This document shows, piece by piece, positions 63,271 through 64,000 of a stretch of 64,000 bases of DNA (the first letter of the stretch is position 1; every line of letters starts with the position of its first letter). This DNA is from Octopus sinensis (lineage: Eukaryota): positions 434,001-498,000 of the forward strand of contig NC_042998.1 of assembly GCF_006345805.1 (NCBI RefSeq), written 5' to 3'. The position numbers and the translations under genes were made by a program. The notes below the pieces were generated by a model. It saw only the letters and a program-made list of their open reading frames with translations. It was not told where the DNA came from and ran no database searches.

Positions 63271-64000
63271 AGTGTGCGTATTATATAAACAAAAATTAGA
63301 AAATGGAGATGTAGCATTAACATAATTTATTAACATAATTTATTAACATAATTTATTACCTGCAAAAATCCAACATATTCTCCTACACCTGATTTAATTT
63401 AGCCTAAAATATTAAATTACAATAATTAAAGCATTGTATTAGGCAAAATCTCATCAGAGGGGTACAAAAGATATGTCATTTGGTTATTAGGTGTTGTGTT
63501 TTCAAATCATATACGTAATAATAGATAGGTGTGTTTTTGTCCTTGTGTTGACATTGTGTGATAGCTGTAAAATGAGTGTCACCATCATACAAGTGGTGTC
63601 GTTCATATTCAAACTGCCATGAAAACATGTTCAGTCAAGGAGAAATGGAACCTTACTTGGAAACAGCTGAGGGTTGGTAACAGGAAGAGCAACCAGCCAC
63701 AGAAAATCTGCCTCAACAAATTCCATCTGACTTATGCAAAGTATGGAAAGCTGGATGTTAGAACAATGATGAAACAAAGTGCAGGGGTCTATAAGATTCT
63801 CACCACCTGAATTTATTTATCTGTTTCTGAAGCCGTCATCTATCATTAATGACCATGGATAAATGTCTTAGTTGTTTACTTGTTCCTTCTTGAGCCATGC
63901 CTGGCTCATAAGGGCCGGTTTCCCGGTTTCCTTGGCGTATAGGTTCCCCACCTGGACAGGACCCGGTCCGTCGCAGGTGAGCTGCAAGATGCAGGAGGAA

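Noticed and set aside
205-63810. Numerous short ORFs rich in YI/CV/HT/LS dipeptides
   Set aside because: Translations of dinucleotide microsatellites and SINE bodies

Overview
AT-rich, microsatellite-saturated eukaryotic DNA (intergenic or large intron). The repeat content points to a coleoid cephalopod, most likely Octopus (inference from repeat families, not a database match). No intact host protein-coding gene is supportable; nearly all listed ORFs are microsatellite or SINE artefacts. Recognisable content: dozens of tRNA-derived SINEs of about five types; 5'-truncated RTE LINEs, two of which keep an open RT frame with a PHD-like zinc finger; a frameshifted CR1-group LINE; a decayed mariner; hAT, piggyBac-like and Tc1/mariner MITEs; Helitron-like elements; and a young 18-copy 79-bp satellite. 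The most striking unexplained layer is a set of short elements carrying minimal type I hammerhead-ribozyme motifs, often as fold-back inverted repeats resembling Penelope-like pseudo-LTRs. One hammerhead looks intact (27204-27275). Another lies in a TSD-flanked element that joins a tRNA/Pol III head to a hammerhead tail (30741-31044), a candidate ribozyme-bearing, possibly Penelope-mobilised SINE. Boundaries of diverged repeats are approximate (read by eye).
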